A stretch of 63,799 nt of DNA, the filler included, from Nemertoderma westbladi (Eukaryota; Animalia; Xenacoelomorpha), in assembly GCA_032718475.1 (NCBI GenBank). It is 3 parts of 3 records of this genome, joined end to end, with 100 filler letters (N's around TTAATTAATTAA, not from the genome) between each part and the next. Parts side by side here need not be neighbours in the genome. Positions count along the whole stretch, not along the records: positions 1 to 30,100 come from JAUCBJ010007230.1; positions 30,201 to 48,530 come from JAUCBJ010003046.1; 1 more part is not named here. One strand, written 5' to 3'. Shown in pieces: positions 26,030-37,314 of the stretch. The translations under genes and the position numbers were made by a program. Within the stretch, counting starts at the first letter, position 1. Every line of letters starts with the position of its first letter. The notes below the pieces were generated by a model, which ran no database searches, was not told the DNA's origin, and worked only from the letters and a program-made list of their open reading frames with translations.

Positions 26030-26360
26030 CGGATTTTCTAACCAAAACAATAAACAGTCACTTTACCAAATCAGGGAAAGGAGCAGGTTACAGAGGCGGG
26101 ATTTTCTAACCAAAACAATAAACAATCACTTTACCAAATGAAGGAAAGGAGCAGGTTACATAGATGGTCTTTTCTAACCAAAACAATAAACGATAACATT
26201 ACCAATTGAGAGAAAGGAGCAGGTTACAGAGGCGGGATTTCCTAACCAAAACAATAAACGATCACTTAACTAATTCAGGGAAAGGAGCAGGTTACAGAGG
26301 CGGGATTTTCTAACCAAAACAATAAACGGTCACTTTACCAAATCAGGGAAAGGAGCAGGT
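26030..26360 (+). repeat. 68-bp tandem repeat, about 5 copies (TTTTCTAACCAAAACAATAAAC...GGAGCAGGTTACAGAGGCGGG)
   Basis: CTAACCAAAAC at 26038, 26106, 26174, 26242 and 26310. Confidence 0.95.
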
Positions 26361-28379
26361 AGGCAGGCAAAATACTGCGTTGTGTAATTATAGAATTATA
26401 TTCCCTAAATGCCGTGGATTTTCAAAATTTTATTTTATTTCGAATTAACTTTGTAAAAGATTACTTTGAGTCCTCATTTGTGTTTGTTCTATCATTTGTA
26501 CGCCTATTGGTCAAGTGGTTCAGTAGCTCAGCCCAAAAACAGTTGGCCTCGAGGTGCGTCCTAGGTGCGTCCTAGGCTAAGCTAAGGTCCGTCCTAGGCA
26601 GAGGGCTAAGGTACGTCCCAGGCAGAGACACGTTTGATTGGTTGTTCCACTTGCTAGCTAGGGAATTCCTTCTTGAATCCATCTTAGTAAGCGAGGCCTG
26701 TGATTGGCTAATTCAGAATTCATGTGCTGTTTGTTATTGAAAATTTTCTGGATTCCGAGAATGGATTGTACAGTAGTATGAATTAAGAATTAATTCAAAT
26801 GTAAGTAAATATTACGTTACGGAAAAAATTTACAAAAAATATGTGAATGCTCCATTTTATATTTTTTATTTGTATTATTGTTTAAATCAAACAAACAGGT
26901 AAATAATGAGTTGTGCGGTGTAGTGTAAATTATCATTGTTTGGTTGTGTGGCAACTGGAGTAGCAGGCTGGGTATTTGGGTAGCCCCAGTTGTGCGGGCC
27001 TGGACAGGGTTTCCATCCAATGCTAACATGTATTGCAACTGTATAATGTTAAGAATGCCAGTGAAACTAAATAGGAGGGCCCTTAGTAGTCAACTGGGGT
27101 GGCAGCCAATATCGTAAATATTCCTTCCAGAACATGTATTTATTTAACATGGGTTATATGCAGTTCATTAGTTGCACAGAAAAGGAGACACATAGTATGT
27201 TGAAGGTGGAGTTGATTCTATTGGTTGTCTGACTCGACGGCTGGGATATCCCAGTGAGCGTATACAATAGCAGGGCTTCCCTCTAATAATGGTATCACAA
27301 TGCTACTATAGTATATTATTTTTCATGGCTTGCGTTTATGTGCGTATTAATCAGTAGTATTTAGTATTGTAACTGTAACAACTGTGTTGTTAATAATATT
27401 TCTTATAATTGTATATATTTGCTGCTACCTGTAATACATTTTACTACTTTAATTATTTAATTAAATTAGTTCACCTAATTTTAACTTATTAATTGGATAT
27501 TCCTGTTTTGATTTCTACATAAAATAACCGTATATACATTGCAGGTTTAGTTACATTTTAATTTTATAGTTTCGGTTTGTAATTTTTCACTCTGTCTTAC
27601 AAACTTAAATTTGTAAAAAAAGCTCTGTAAGGTAAATACAGTAATTTTAAAAAATAAGCAATGCATAACACAGATACACAAACAGGGGGGGGGGGGGGGG
27701 GGGGGTTATATTATTATATAATTATATTATTATATATATATAATATATATAATGATATTATATTCAGTTATCTGGTCTTTTGTGGTATTCCACTGTCATT
27801 TAATAGCTACTTATTGGTCTTTAAACAATGTCGAAGTCTCACCATTTTAAAGGATTGAAGTTTTACCGCGACAAGTTTATAGCACTTGCTAACAGCACGA
27901 GTGGGAGTAGGAATCTGTACGTAACTTTACAGCGTTTGATAACATAACTTTACAGAGTATGAACCTATAACTTCTCAGTTTTTGATCCCATAACTTTAGG
28001 CCTAAAGTACCGTTTATCATTTATTATATTACAATTTTACCGATGTACAATTTTACCGTAATGTAAATAGTTTTTATTATATTACAATATAATAATATTC
28101 TGTATTTTAGAAAAGACCTACGATTTTATAATAGCTCAATTTATTATAATAGCTAATATGATTTCAATATAATGGTATGTATAACGGTATACCTCTTTTT
28201 GTGCCATTTTGGTACATTGTTTTAATTACATAAACGTTTCACTGCAGTTCATTTGTGTAATGAGTAATGATTTATTTAATCAATAAATATTTATCTACTA
28301 ATTATTAAAAGCAAAGAAATATGTAATATTCAAATTTATATTTTCCCTTAATTTCCCTCAATTTCGTGGACGTATACTA

Positions 28380-29261
28380 GTAAAACGCTGGGGACTGATT
28401 TTCACATGTATGTCCAGTAGGGCAGTTCATATTGAACGTGTGATGGATCTTTCCACCAACGCGTTTATACTAGCATTGCGGCGATTTATCGCTAGACGCG
28501 GACTAGTGAAATGCTTGTACTCAGACCAAGGGACAAACTTTGTTGGTGCTCGAAATGAGATTGCTAGAGCCTTTAAGAAATTAGATCATGATCAAATCTC
28601 GAACGAACTACAACCTCACAAGATTGTTTGGAAGTTTAATCCTCCAGATAGTCCTTGGAGAGGCGGAGTCTGGGAGAGATTGATTAGATCTATAAAAACA
28701 GCCATGGCAAAGGTCATTCCAGTAAACCACATATTGACAGACGACCAACTGACAACACTGTTTGTTGAAATAGAGGCAATACTAAATACTAGACCAATAG
28801 TATTAGTACCCGATGACAAACAATCTCAGTTCGCTTTGACACCGGCACACCTGCTTATGCAGGCACCGACCACATTAATACCTATTTCTATTCCAATAGA
28901 AAGCGATAGCTACGGTAGAAAAGCGTGGAAAATCACGCAACTACTAGCTAACAAATTCTGGGAAATATGGCAAAACCATTATTTGCCCTCTATTTCTGCC
29001 AGAACAACATGGTACAATAACACCCGCGCATTAAAGCCGGGAGATCACGTGCTGTTAGCGGAAGTGAATCTAAAAAGACGCTTCTGGATAACAGGTGTAA
29101 TTTTAGCCACACATCCATCTATGGATGGAGTGACAAGAACTGTGACGGTACGGACAATTGACGGTCGTACAGTAGACAGACCGACTCAACGTCTCGTACT
29201 TCTTGAAGAGACTCGTAACGAGTCTGGAGACTACAAATCTCCAACTAATATTAGTAAATAA
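28380..29261 (+). mobile_element. Bel/Pao LTR retrotransposon, integrase 3' fragment (rve core and C-terminal domain)
   Basis: 'TCMSSRAVHIE', 'RRFIARRG', 'YSDQGTNFVG', 'WKFNPPDSPWRGGVWERLIRSIK', 'EAILNTRP', 'LTPAHLL', 'DGVTRTVTVR..RP...L'. Confidence 0.92.
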
Positions 29262-29292
29262 TTAGGAGTTTACAAATAGATTTCCACGTACC

Positions 29293-29988
29293 TGTACACC
29301 GTAGTAAAGACAGCGGTAGAATTCCATTGTGTAAAAGCTTTTGTGGGATAACTGATTCGTTTGCCTTGTTGGCCAGTTCCCCCCCAGTCGCTAAGAATAC
29401 TCTCAAAGTGATCTACAGCTAAAAATAGTGCAAGTTACCAGCTTATTGGCTGATTTGCTGTACGCAGGCATCTGGGCTCTGTTTAATCGGCCAACAAGCC
29501 TAGGGAGGTTGCGTCATAGCCTTGTTTTGTATCTCCCAATAGAATTTGAGTTATCCTTGATGTTGACCTATCACAGAGTACTGAACTGAAAATTTCCTAT
29601 CTCACTGCTCTTTCTCTGTGTTGAACGGGAGCTTCGTGGAATAAGGGAGTTGGTATCCTCGTATAGAGCAGTAGTCACGAGTTTTTCAAAGCCACGAAAG
29701 AACGGCTTTTTAGTGTTTTATGTTTTATGCTTTTTAGCTCAACACTAGTAGGTTTAATTACAAGGACATATATCCTTTAACTGGCTGCAATTACGCATCA
29801 AACAACCTGGCTTTAAACTCTGTAAATATCAAAACAAACTGGCACGATTGATCTGTGAATACTGCATACTGCTATTTGTTGTCGGTTATTCATTATATTT
29901 GTTGATTAATTATTATATTGGAATAACGAGAAATAACCCCGACACCCAATATTCTTGATATACCGAAGGTAAGAGAGAAAGGTTACCA
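29293..29988 (+). mobile_element. Possible 3' LTR of the Bel/Pao fragment
   Basis: Non-coding block right after the integrase stop, bounded by TGT...CA. No second copy is available to confirm the limits. Confidence 0.3.
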
Positions 29989-30100
29989 ATAACGATTGTG
30001 ACTTATGTTAAAGTGGTTTGAAGTGAATCTAATGTTATTTGATAGACCCTACATGAGTCAGTCTGTGTTCCTTTTATATGTGATTAAAATCAGTGAAGAT

Positions 30101-30200
30101 NNNNNNNNNNNNNNNNNNNNNNNNNNNNNNNNNNNNNNNNNNNNTTAATTAATTAANNNNNNNNNNNNNNNNNNNNNNNNNNNNNNNNNNNNNNNNNNNN
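30101..30200. other. Scaffold gap with artificial TTAATTAATTAA spacer
   Basis: 44 N + TTAATTAATTAA + 44 N. The same construct occurs at 48531-48630. Confidence 0.98.
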
Positions 30201-30402
30201 AAATTTCGTGGTCGTTTCAGCTCGTTTCAGGTCGTTTCAGGTCGTTTCAGCTGGTTTCAGGTCGTTTTATATTTTAGTATGTACCACTCTATATGGTAGG
30301 CCACATACTAAATTTCGTGGTCGTTTCAGCTCGTTTCAGGTCGTTTCGGGTCGTTTCAGCTCGTTTCAGGTCGTTTTATATTTTTTACGTACCACTCTAT
30401 AT
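30201..30402 (+). repeat. 10-bp GGTCGTTTCA subrepeats inside two units of about 110 bp (MITE-like remnant at a contig edge)
   Basis: The unit AAATTTCGTGGTCGTTTCAG...GTACCACTCTATAT occurs twice. Confidence 0.8.
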
Positions 30403-30809
30403 ACAAGTACAGTAACTGAGCCCACGAATTATCCAAATTAGGGGTTGCTCTGGCCTGGGGATGGAATTCGGTTGATTGTGCAATAGATTGGCTGTGTGGA
30501 GCCCTGGAGTTAGTCTCTTATTGGTTGCATTCCCAATCTGTTACCCACTATATTGTGCTAACAAATTGTAACATTATTGGGCCATATTTTATGTGTATTT
30601 ACCTCATTATCAGGTTGTGGGTGGTTCAGCTGGTAGTAGCAACGGGCATATAGGGGCTCTACACAGCGGTTTGAGGGTAATTCTGTCAGTGGTGAAGGTA
30701 GTGGTATGTTGTATTGTTTACATCATTTATGTGTCTTACTGTTAGATGACAGAACTAAAAATACTATTCTCTACTAAAAGAATCAGAACTAAACAAACAA
30801 TAAACCATT

Positions 30810-30930
30810 GCCTACAATGCGCTAATGGTTGAGTGTATGATATTATATAGGAGAAGATGCCATATGTACAGTAACAGCCTACAATGCGCTAACGGTTGAG
30901 TGTATGATATTATATAGGAGAAGATGCCAT
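30810..30930 (+). repeat. Local direct repeat of about 55 bp (offset 67)
   Basis: GCCTACAATGCGCTAA(T/C)GGTTGAGTGTATGATATTATATAGGAGAAGATGCCATA occurs twice. Confidence 0.85.
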
Positions 30931-31417
30931 AGCCTATCACTACTGCCTATTAGTATAACATTATGATTGGACAATACGATTCCATGTTATAATAAAATAA
31001 TACCATAGGCTTGGGGCCTTGGGCGTGTTTGGACATGCTTAATTATTGATATTCCATTGGTTGGTGGCTGGATATGAATCATTCCAGTACACTACTACCA
31101 TTTCACTACTTGTAATATGTCATGACGTAAGATATGATCTGCCGCAATTTGCTGCTAAGAACTTAATGGTGGATGTCGATTCACATTGAATTTATTGATT
31201 TTCAGCGGCGGCCACCAAGCAGATGTTCTACTGTATATTGGTCTGAATTGCAGAATTATTATTTACTATGATTATGATATCCCTTTCTTTGCGGACGCGA
31301 ATGTGTTGTGGCGAAACCTTATACAACCGCCATTCCATACCACAAATAGCTGAAATCTTTGACTCAATCTGATCTAGACCTAGAGATCCATACAGAGAAG
31401 TGATGTTAGTTGTCATA

Positions 31418-31555
31418 TCGAAGTGTCCGAGTGGATACGGGGCCTGAACTGCTTACACAATAGCGTATGGCTGCGTAGGTTCGAATCCGACTAAAGGCTG
31501 TAGAATTTTAGCAATGTGTGTCCCTAGGCAAGGTACTTTGGACATAAGTGCCTAT
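31418..31555 (+). mobile_element. tRNA-derived SINE head (tRNA-Ser(GCT)-like) with a CORE-like segment, cut by a MITE
   Basis: A-box-like GTGTCCGAGTGG, anticodon-region-like AACTGCTTA and B-box GGTTCGAATCC, then TGTGTGTCCCTAGGCAAGGTACTT resembling the CORE-SINE domain. Confidence 0.65.
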
Positions 31556-31785
31556 AGCCCCGTTCACATCCAACGGTGCGTGAGCGGTAAAGTAGTCTGG
31601 CGGTATTGAAGCGGTAAGCCAGCGGTGCACCCTACCCGGAGCCCGTTCACACCCAACGGTACCGTTGAGGTAACTGATTGTCTATCTGTAGACTGTTAAT
31701 TCAACAGGAAATTACATTAATTGTTTTAACATTGTTTAAATGGGCTGCGGTAAACCGCGCGGTTTAGCGCACAACTACCTGTTGC
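31556..31785 (+). mobile_element. PIF/Harbinger-like MITE, truncated copy
   Basis: Begins AGCCCCGTTCACATCCAACGG and is colinear with 32707-32884 plus 34481-34545. Confidence 0.75.
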
Positions 31786-33789
31786 TGCAAGGTGGATAAA
31801 AAGTAAGTATTTTTTGGTACTCTTTGTAATCCACAATTTCCTCGAAATAGTATCCTCGGCCTCAAAACAACATTATGCTTTTAAATTATTCCTCGAAAAT
31901 GCGAATTATAAAATTATTGCCGCAATATTTTTTATTGCCTCAATAATTATCAAAGGACGTTTCCAGTTATGGTTATTGGTTTGCGAAATTCTACAAATTT
32001 TTTGAAATTTCGGAAAATAGACTCTGGTTAACAGAGCCTCGTGCTGTGCGAAACACCCACGATCGTGTTTAGTTTTTGATTAGTTTCAGTTAATGGTTTA
32101 CCCCCTAATCCTGTGATCAATTTCTTGGGTTTTTTTTTAGTATTGATTTGCTGTACCGGTGGTACACGGTACCTCGGTAGGTATTGGTAATGATTTAATG
32201 GCGCTCAAAGTATACCATTATAATGAACAATAAAATAACACAGACATAGAACACATACATAGATGACATTAGATACATACATAGACATGACATGACATAG
32301 ATTTGCAATATTAATTTGGCGCTATACAAATGGTATTATTACTAAAGTTATTATTAAGATACATTGCTTACCTGGGATAGCCTCTTACAGTCTTAAGGCG
32401 AACCTTGTTTCCGAGAGGGTCCAAAGGGGCGAAGGGTTTGTTCCAAAGATAAAAGTACAGTATTTACAATATGAGATTACGTTTACTATACTATGTTTGT
32501 TACTTGCGGTTGCTATAGATAGCTGTATAGCGCCATGCTTCCATTTCCATAGTTCCATGCTGCCATGGCGTTGTTTAATGTTCGACTCCTGTATGTATAC
32601 AAACTTGCTCGGGAAATCGGGGTACACATCCTACCGGTAAAGTAAAGAACAGACGAGGGAACACTGACACTTTAATTCCACTACTGCACTACCACTACTG
32701 ACGTAAAGCCCCGTTCACATCCAACGGTGCATGAGCGGTTAAAGTAGTCGAGCGGTATTGAAGCGGTAAGCCAGCGGTACACTGCCCGGCTGCCCGGAGC
32801 CCGTTCACACCCAACGGTACCCTTGCGGTAACTGATTGTCTATCTGTCGACTATAAATTCAACAGGAAATTACATTAATTGTTTGAGGTAGAATAAAACG
32901 TCTGTCCTTATCTGATCTGATCTGATCTGATCTGATCTGACAGCATCTGATCCTATAACCAATCAGGAGAAAGAAATATAATATTTACCTAACTGTCTGT
33001 TAGGTAAATAGCCAATAGCTGAATAGGGGATCACGTTTCATGTTGCAGTGTTGCCCTGTTAAGTATCAGTATCATCATATGAAGTAGCAGTACAGGCATA
33101 CCGGTATGCATCTAAATGCACAAAGGCATGTTATTATATATTAAAAATGTGATATAGGATGAAGGTTTGTTACGCTAAAGGCAGAAAGGGAAGGCAGGAA
33201 GGGGAATCTCTCTAGGCCTACTGTGTAGTCCTACAGTAGTATGTGTGTATATGTATATGAAGAAACACTTAACATGCCCCATATTGCCAGCTGATACAGT
33301 GGTGTTTACAGTATACCCAGATGATGAAGGAATATCTGAATATGGGAAGGTGGATGGGAATGTGGGAATTAATAAACGCTGTTGTTACCTTCCAATTGAA
33401 GGAAAAGAGCATGTTACAGCGGCTTTAATTTCTAACCAAAACAATAAACGACGTTGTTACCTACCAATTGATGGAAAGGAGCAGGTTACAGAGACAGGGT
33501 TTTCTAACCAAAACAATAAACGATTTTGTTACCTACCAATTGAGGGAAAGGAGAATGTTACCGCGGCTGACTTTTCTAACCAAAACAATAAGCAACCAGC
33601 GGGCACCTTCCCACATTCCCATCCACCCACCCACCCATGTGGCAATAATAGGTTGATAAATAATTAGCATAAACATATTTAGTTAAGTACTATTATGTAC
33701 TAGTAAGGTATTCTGGTATTCTTCACATGGGCGAAGAATACCAGACTTTCTCTGCCGTTATATTTTATTTTGCAGTTACCCCCATGCTG

Positions 33790-34019
33790 CCATGTGAAGA
33801 ATACTTGGTTTTCACCAAAAACACAGGTTACAGAAGGGCTGAATATAACCAAAACAATAAACGAATTAGTATATGTCTGCGCATGTACAGGTTATAAGCC
33901 ATAAATAAGCTCTCTATAATACACTTAATAAAGATAAATAAAAAACAAATTAAAATCTTCATATATAAAATTCCAATAAAAGTCAACCGAAAAGGTAAAT
34001 CCTGGTATTCTTCACATGG
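33790..34019. mobile_element. 230-bp MITE with 15-bp TIR CCATGTGAAGAATAC
   Basis: Perfect inverted match between 33790-33804 and 34005-34019. The same motif forms a hairpin at 33712-33745 and recurs at 5091 and 10981. Confidence 0.65.
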
Positions 34020-34199
34020 GCCGGCACCAAAATTTGGCACCAGCCGCTAAAAACAAGTTTAAAATTTCTAGCTTATTTTATTTGAATTCCTTTTTTTAGT
34101 TCGTTTCAGTTAGTCTTTTAGTTAGTATCGTTGTTTCAGAGGGGGAGGTGTTATATTGACCCCCCCCCCCCCCCCCCCCGGGTTTAAGGGGAATACCGG

Positions 34200-34398
34200 G
34201 GAAACTTCACATGCTGACATAGGCATAAAGTCCAGTACTCATTTAGCTATCCTTTAAGGATGCAAGGCAGATATGCTTCGTTAAACCCTTCAAAACATTC
34301 GTGCCGAAACGAAAACTACCTTGGCCCCCATGCCGGGATTGAACCCACAACCTCCGCGAGATGTGAATTCAATATAACCACTACACCAAGGTGGGCTC
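34200..34398 (-). mobile_element. tRNA-derived SINE (tRNA-Val(CAC)-like head), copy 1
   Basis: Minus strand has an A-box TGGTGTAGTGG, TTCACAT and a B-box GGTTCAATCCC. The body contains AAATGAGTAC. Homologous to about 42775-42940. Confidence 0.7.
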
Positions 34399-34734
34399 TG
34401 AACCAAGGTGGAACATGTGTCAGATACCGTCAGATCAGATCAGATCAGATCAGATAAGGACAGACGTTTTAGCCATCCTATAATTGTTTTAACATTGTTT
34501 AAATGGGCTGCGGTAAACCGCGCGGTTTAGCGCACAACTACCTGTTGGGTCGTTTACAGTCAGCGGTGTACCGCTGGCCCTGCGGTACACCGCGCGGTGT
34601 ACCGTTCCGTTGGATGTGATGTGAACGGGCCTTAAGCTAGAAAGTCCATCTGTTCAGTATTGTAGTAGGCCTAAGGTTATTGGGGTTTTCAGTTTCTCCC
34701 TACCGCTACGATATTAAGTTGTCATACAAGAAAT

Positions 34735-37314
34735 ATGGCATCATTATTTATTCGTATGTCGCACACTAAACTACGTCGGTTGCTATTACTTATCGGAGTG
34801 TTGTGCGTATGTATGGTTTACTACATTGCTTACATATATGACAAACAAAAATGGAGCAGCAAGTCGGTGGAACATGTGGCGTCCCAAACTCTACCTTGTT
34901 ACCTCGGACGTCAACAGGATAGCGGGATTCCTAGAAATGTACATCCTCAAAGCAATAAGGTATTGGTATTTGTCGAGTCGGATTATTCGCAATCGGGCCA
35001 GGAGATAATTACTGTATTAGAATCCCACAGAATAAGTTATCGCACAATCGTTCGAACAGCCAAAGATCTGCCGGTTTTAACAACCAAGTCCCAAGGCGTT
35101 TATATTTTGCTGGTATTCGAGGACGTCTTTCTGTACGCGAGTCTAGATCAATGGAGGAAAGATACTCTTATGAAATATTGCAAGGATTTCGGAGTTGGGA
35201 TGATTTTTTTTTCGAACCCACAAGGCGATCTTGGTGGAAGAGAACAATTACAATTATTTGAGCATTCCTTGTACATTTCAATGGCTCACGAATCAGTAGA
35301 ATTTACAATTAACCCGGAATGCACAAACCTTGGTGTTACCAAATCCGGCCAGGTTCTACACCTTCCCGATCACAAGTACATCTACTTTATAAGCAATCAC
35401 TCATCTTTCTACCCGTTAAGTTTTATAAAACCAATAGATTACAATGGAACTCGACGAATGTCCACTATAATAGATCGCGGTCTTCTCGACGGTATTGGCA
35501 AGGCGTTTATCGGTGGCGATTTGAGTTTCTGGGTGAATAAACTTCTGTTTTTGGACGTGATGTCCCATCTAACCGGGGACATTATATCGACACCTAACTT
35601 CCGATATATTATTGTCGATATCGATGACATATTCGTTGGAGCCGTCGGAATCAGAATGAGAAGCGACGACGTCGCCCATCTCATCGACACTCAAACTCGC
35701 ATTAGAGAGTTCATCCCCGGCTTCACATTCAATTTGGGATTCTCGGGAAAGTACTTCCTTAAAGGAACTCCTGAGGAGGACGAAGGGGATATGGCGTTGA
35801 TCCAATCCGCGGATCGATTCGTCTGGTTCTGCCACATGTGGGGCCACGAACAGCCCCACCTAATCAACTCGTCCGCCCAACTCGCCACCATTATGCGCAA
35901 GAACAAGGACTTCGCGTTCTCTAAGGGGATCCCTGTCTCCCCTGACTACAGCGTGGCCCCGCACCACAGCGGTGTCTACCCGGTGCACCAGCCCCTCTAC
36001 GCGGCCTGGCGTTCCGTCTGGGGCGTCCGGGTCACCTCCACCGAGGAGTACCCCCATCTCCGCCCGGAGCACCGCCGGTCCGGGTTCATACACGATGGGA
36101 TCAAGGTACTCCCGCGACAGACCTGCGGGCTATTTACTAAAACCAACCACTACGACTCCTTCCCCGGGGGCTGGGGTCTCATGGAGACCTCTATACGTGG
36201 GGGGCGACTCTTCCAGACTGTCGTGGACAACCCAGTGAATATATTTATGACGCACTTCACCAACTACGGTAACGACCGCTTGGCTCCCTACACGTTCACC
36301 CAACTCGTAGAGGTTCTAAGTAACTGGACGAACCTCCAGTTACGATGGACTCATCCCGCTTCCGTCGCCGACATTTTCTTTAAATTATTTCCGTCGCAAA
36401 GAGATCCGTTGTGGACCAACCCGTGCGACGATCATCGACACTTGGAGATTTGGAACCCGGAAAAATCCTGCCGACATTTACCTCAGTTGTTAATCTTAGG
36501 TCCCCAAAAAACTGGTACAACCGCCCTTTATAACTTCCTTAAATCCCATAAATCAACTCGAGTTAACGTTATTCTGGAGTCGACCTTCGAAGAACCTCAA
36601 TTCTTTAGCAACAACGAGATCTACCGACGCGGTATCGATTGGTACGGGTCGTTGTTTCCCAAGAAGGGAAACGTTTCCCTGGTCTTCGAGAAGAGCGCGA
36701 CTTATTTCGACTCATCGGCGGCCCCGGAAAGAGTGAAAGCGTTGCTACCCAAGGCCAAGTTGGTCGTTATGCTTATAGACCCAGGGAACAGAGCGTATTC
36801 CTGGTACCAGCACCAGAGGGCTCACAACGACCCCACCGCTCTCGCCTTTACCTTCGAGGAAGTCGTCCGTTCCAACTCGACTTACAGGAAACTCCGCCAG
36901 CTCCGGAATCGTTGCTTAGATTCCGGGTATTACGCGGACCATCTGCGGTCCTGGTTGAAGTTCTTCCCGCCTTCCCAGTTGTTCGTTATCGACGGCGAGT
37001 ATTTCCGGAACAACCCGGTTCCCGTGATGAATAAACTCGAGAAATTCTCGCGGTTGAAGCCGCACATCGATTACAACGATAAACTCATCTACAGCCCCAA
37101 CAAGGGCTTCTATTGCATCCGGGGCTCCTCCGCCCAGCCGGTCTGTCTGGGCAGTGGAAAGGGGCGACAATACCAGCCAATGAGCGAATCTTTACGGGAA
37201 TATTTTAAAAAGTTATATTATCAGTCGAATTCCGAACTTTATTCCTTATTGGTTAAATTTAATATTAAACCGATGTCATGGTTACAAAGTAGTCTAAGTT
37301 TAAGGTCACCTTAG
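34735..37314 (+). CDS. NDST: Bifunctional heparan sulfate N-deacetylase/N-sulfotransferase (NDST/sulfateless family), single coding exon
   Basis: 859 aa with an N-terminal type II TM segment. Deacetylase motifs 'VDIDDIFVG', 'WFCHMWGHEQPH' and 'APHHSGVYPVH'. Sulfotransferase motifs 5'PSB 'GPQKTGTTALY', 'FEKSATYF', 3'PB 'RAYSWYQH' and 'CLGSGKGR'. Confidence 0.97.
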   Translation: MASLFIRMSHTKLRRLLLLIGVLCVCMVYYIAYIYDKQKWSSKSVEHVASQTLPCYLGRQQDSGIPRNVHPQSNKVLVFVESDYSQSGQEIITVLESHRISYRTIVRTAKDLPVLTTKSQGVYILLVFEDVFLYASLDQWRKDTLMKYCKDFGVGMIFFSNPQGDLGGREQLQLFEHSLYISMAHESVEFTINPECTNLGVTKSGQVLHLPDHKYIYFISNHSSFYPLSFIKPIDYNGTRRMSTIIDRGLLDGIGKAFIGGDLSFWVNKLLFLDVMSHLTGDIISTPNFRYIIVDIDDIFVGAVGIRMRSDDVAHLIDTQTRIREFIPGFTFNLGFSGKYFLKGTPEEDEGDMALIQSADRFVWFCHMWGHEQPHLINSSAQLATIMRKNKDFAFSKGIPVSPDYSVAPHHSGVYPVHQPLYAAWRSVWGVRVTSTEEYPHLRPEHRRSGFIHDGIKVLPRQTCGLFTKTNHYDSFPGGWGLMETSIRGGRLFQTVVDNPVNIFMTHFTNYGNDRLAPYTFTQLVEVLSNWTNLQLRWTHPASVADIFFKLFPSQRDPLWTNPCDDHRHLEIWNPEKSCRHLPQLLILGPQKTGTTALYNFLKSHKSTRVNVILESTFEEPQFFSNNEIYRRGIDWYGSLFPKKGNVSLVFEKSATYFDSSAAPERVKALLPKAKLVVMLIDPGNRAYSWYQHQRAHNDPTALAFTFEEVVRSNSTYRKLRQLRNRCLDSGYYADHLRSWLKFFPPSQLFVIDGEYFRNNPVPVMNKLEKFSRLKPHIDYNDKLIYSPNKGFYCIRGSSAQPVCLGSGKGRQYQPMSESLREYFKKLYYQSNSELYSLLVKFNIKPMSWLQSSLSLRSP

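Larger units (their letters stand above)
32885..34480. mobile_element. Mutator-like non-autonomous element nested in the Harbinger MITE
   Basis: TIR of about 60 bp containing TAAAACGTCTGTCCTTA(TCTGA)n. 9-bp TSD TAATTGTTT (32876-32884 and 34481-34489); this motif is single in the uninterrupted MITE near 31717. Confidence 0.85.
32707..34632. mobile_element. PIF/Harbinger-like MITE, complete, split by nested insertions
   Basis: TIR AGCCCCGTTCACATCCAACGG / CCGTTGGATGTGA(TGTGA)ACGGGCCT and a 3-bp TSD TAA (32704-32706 and 34633-34635). Confidence 0.85.

Noticed and set aside
30145-30156. TTAATTAATTAA palindrome inside N runs (also 48575-48586)
   Set aside because: Artificial six-frame-stop scaffold spacer.
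31418-31500. Functional tRNA-Ser gene
   Set aside because: The acceptor and anticodon stems do not pair properly and the sequence runs into a SINE-like body.
33245-33667. 140-aa ORF with repeated CYLPIEGKE
   Set aside because: Translation of diverged units of the 68-bp repeat family inside a MITE.
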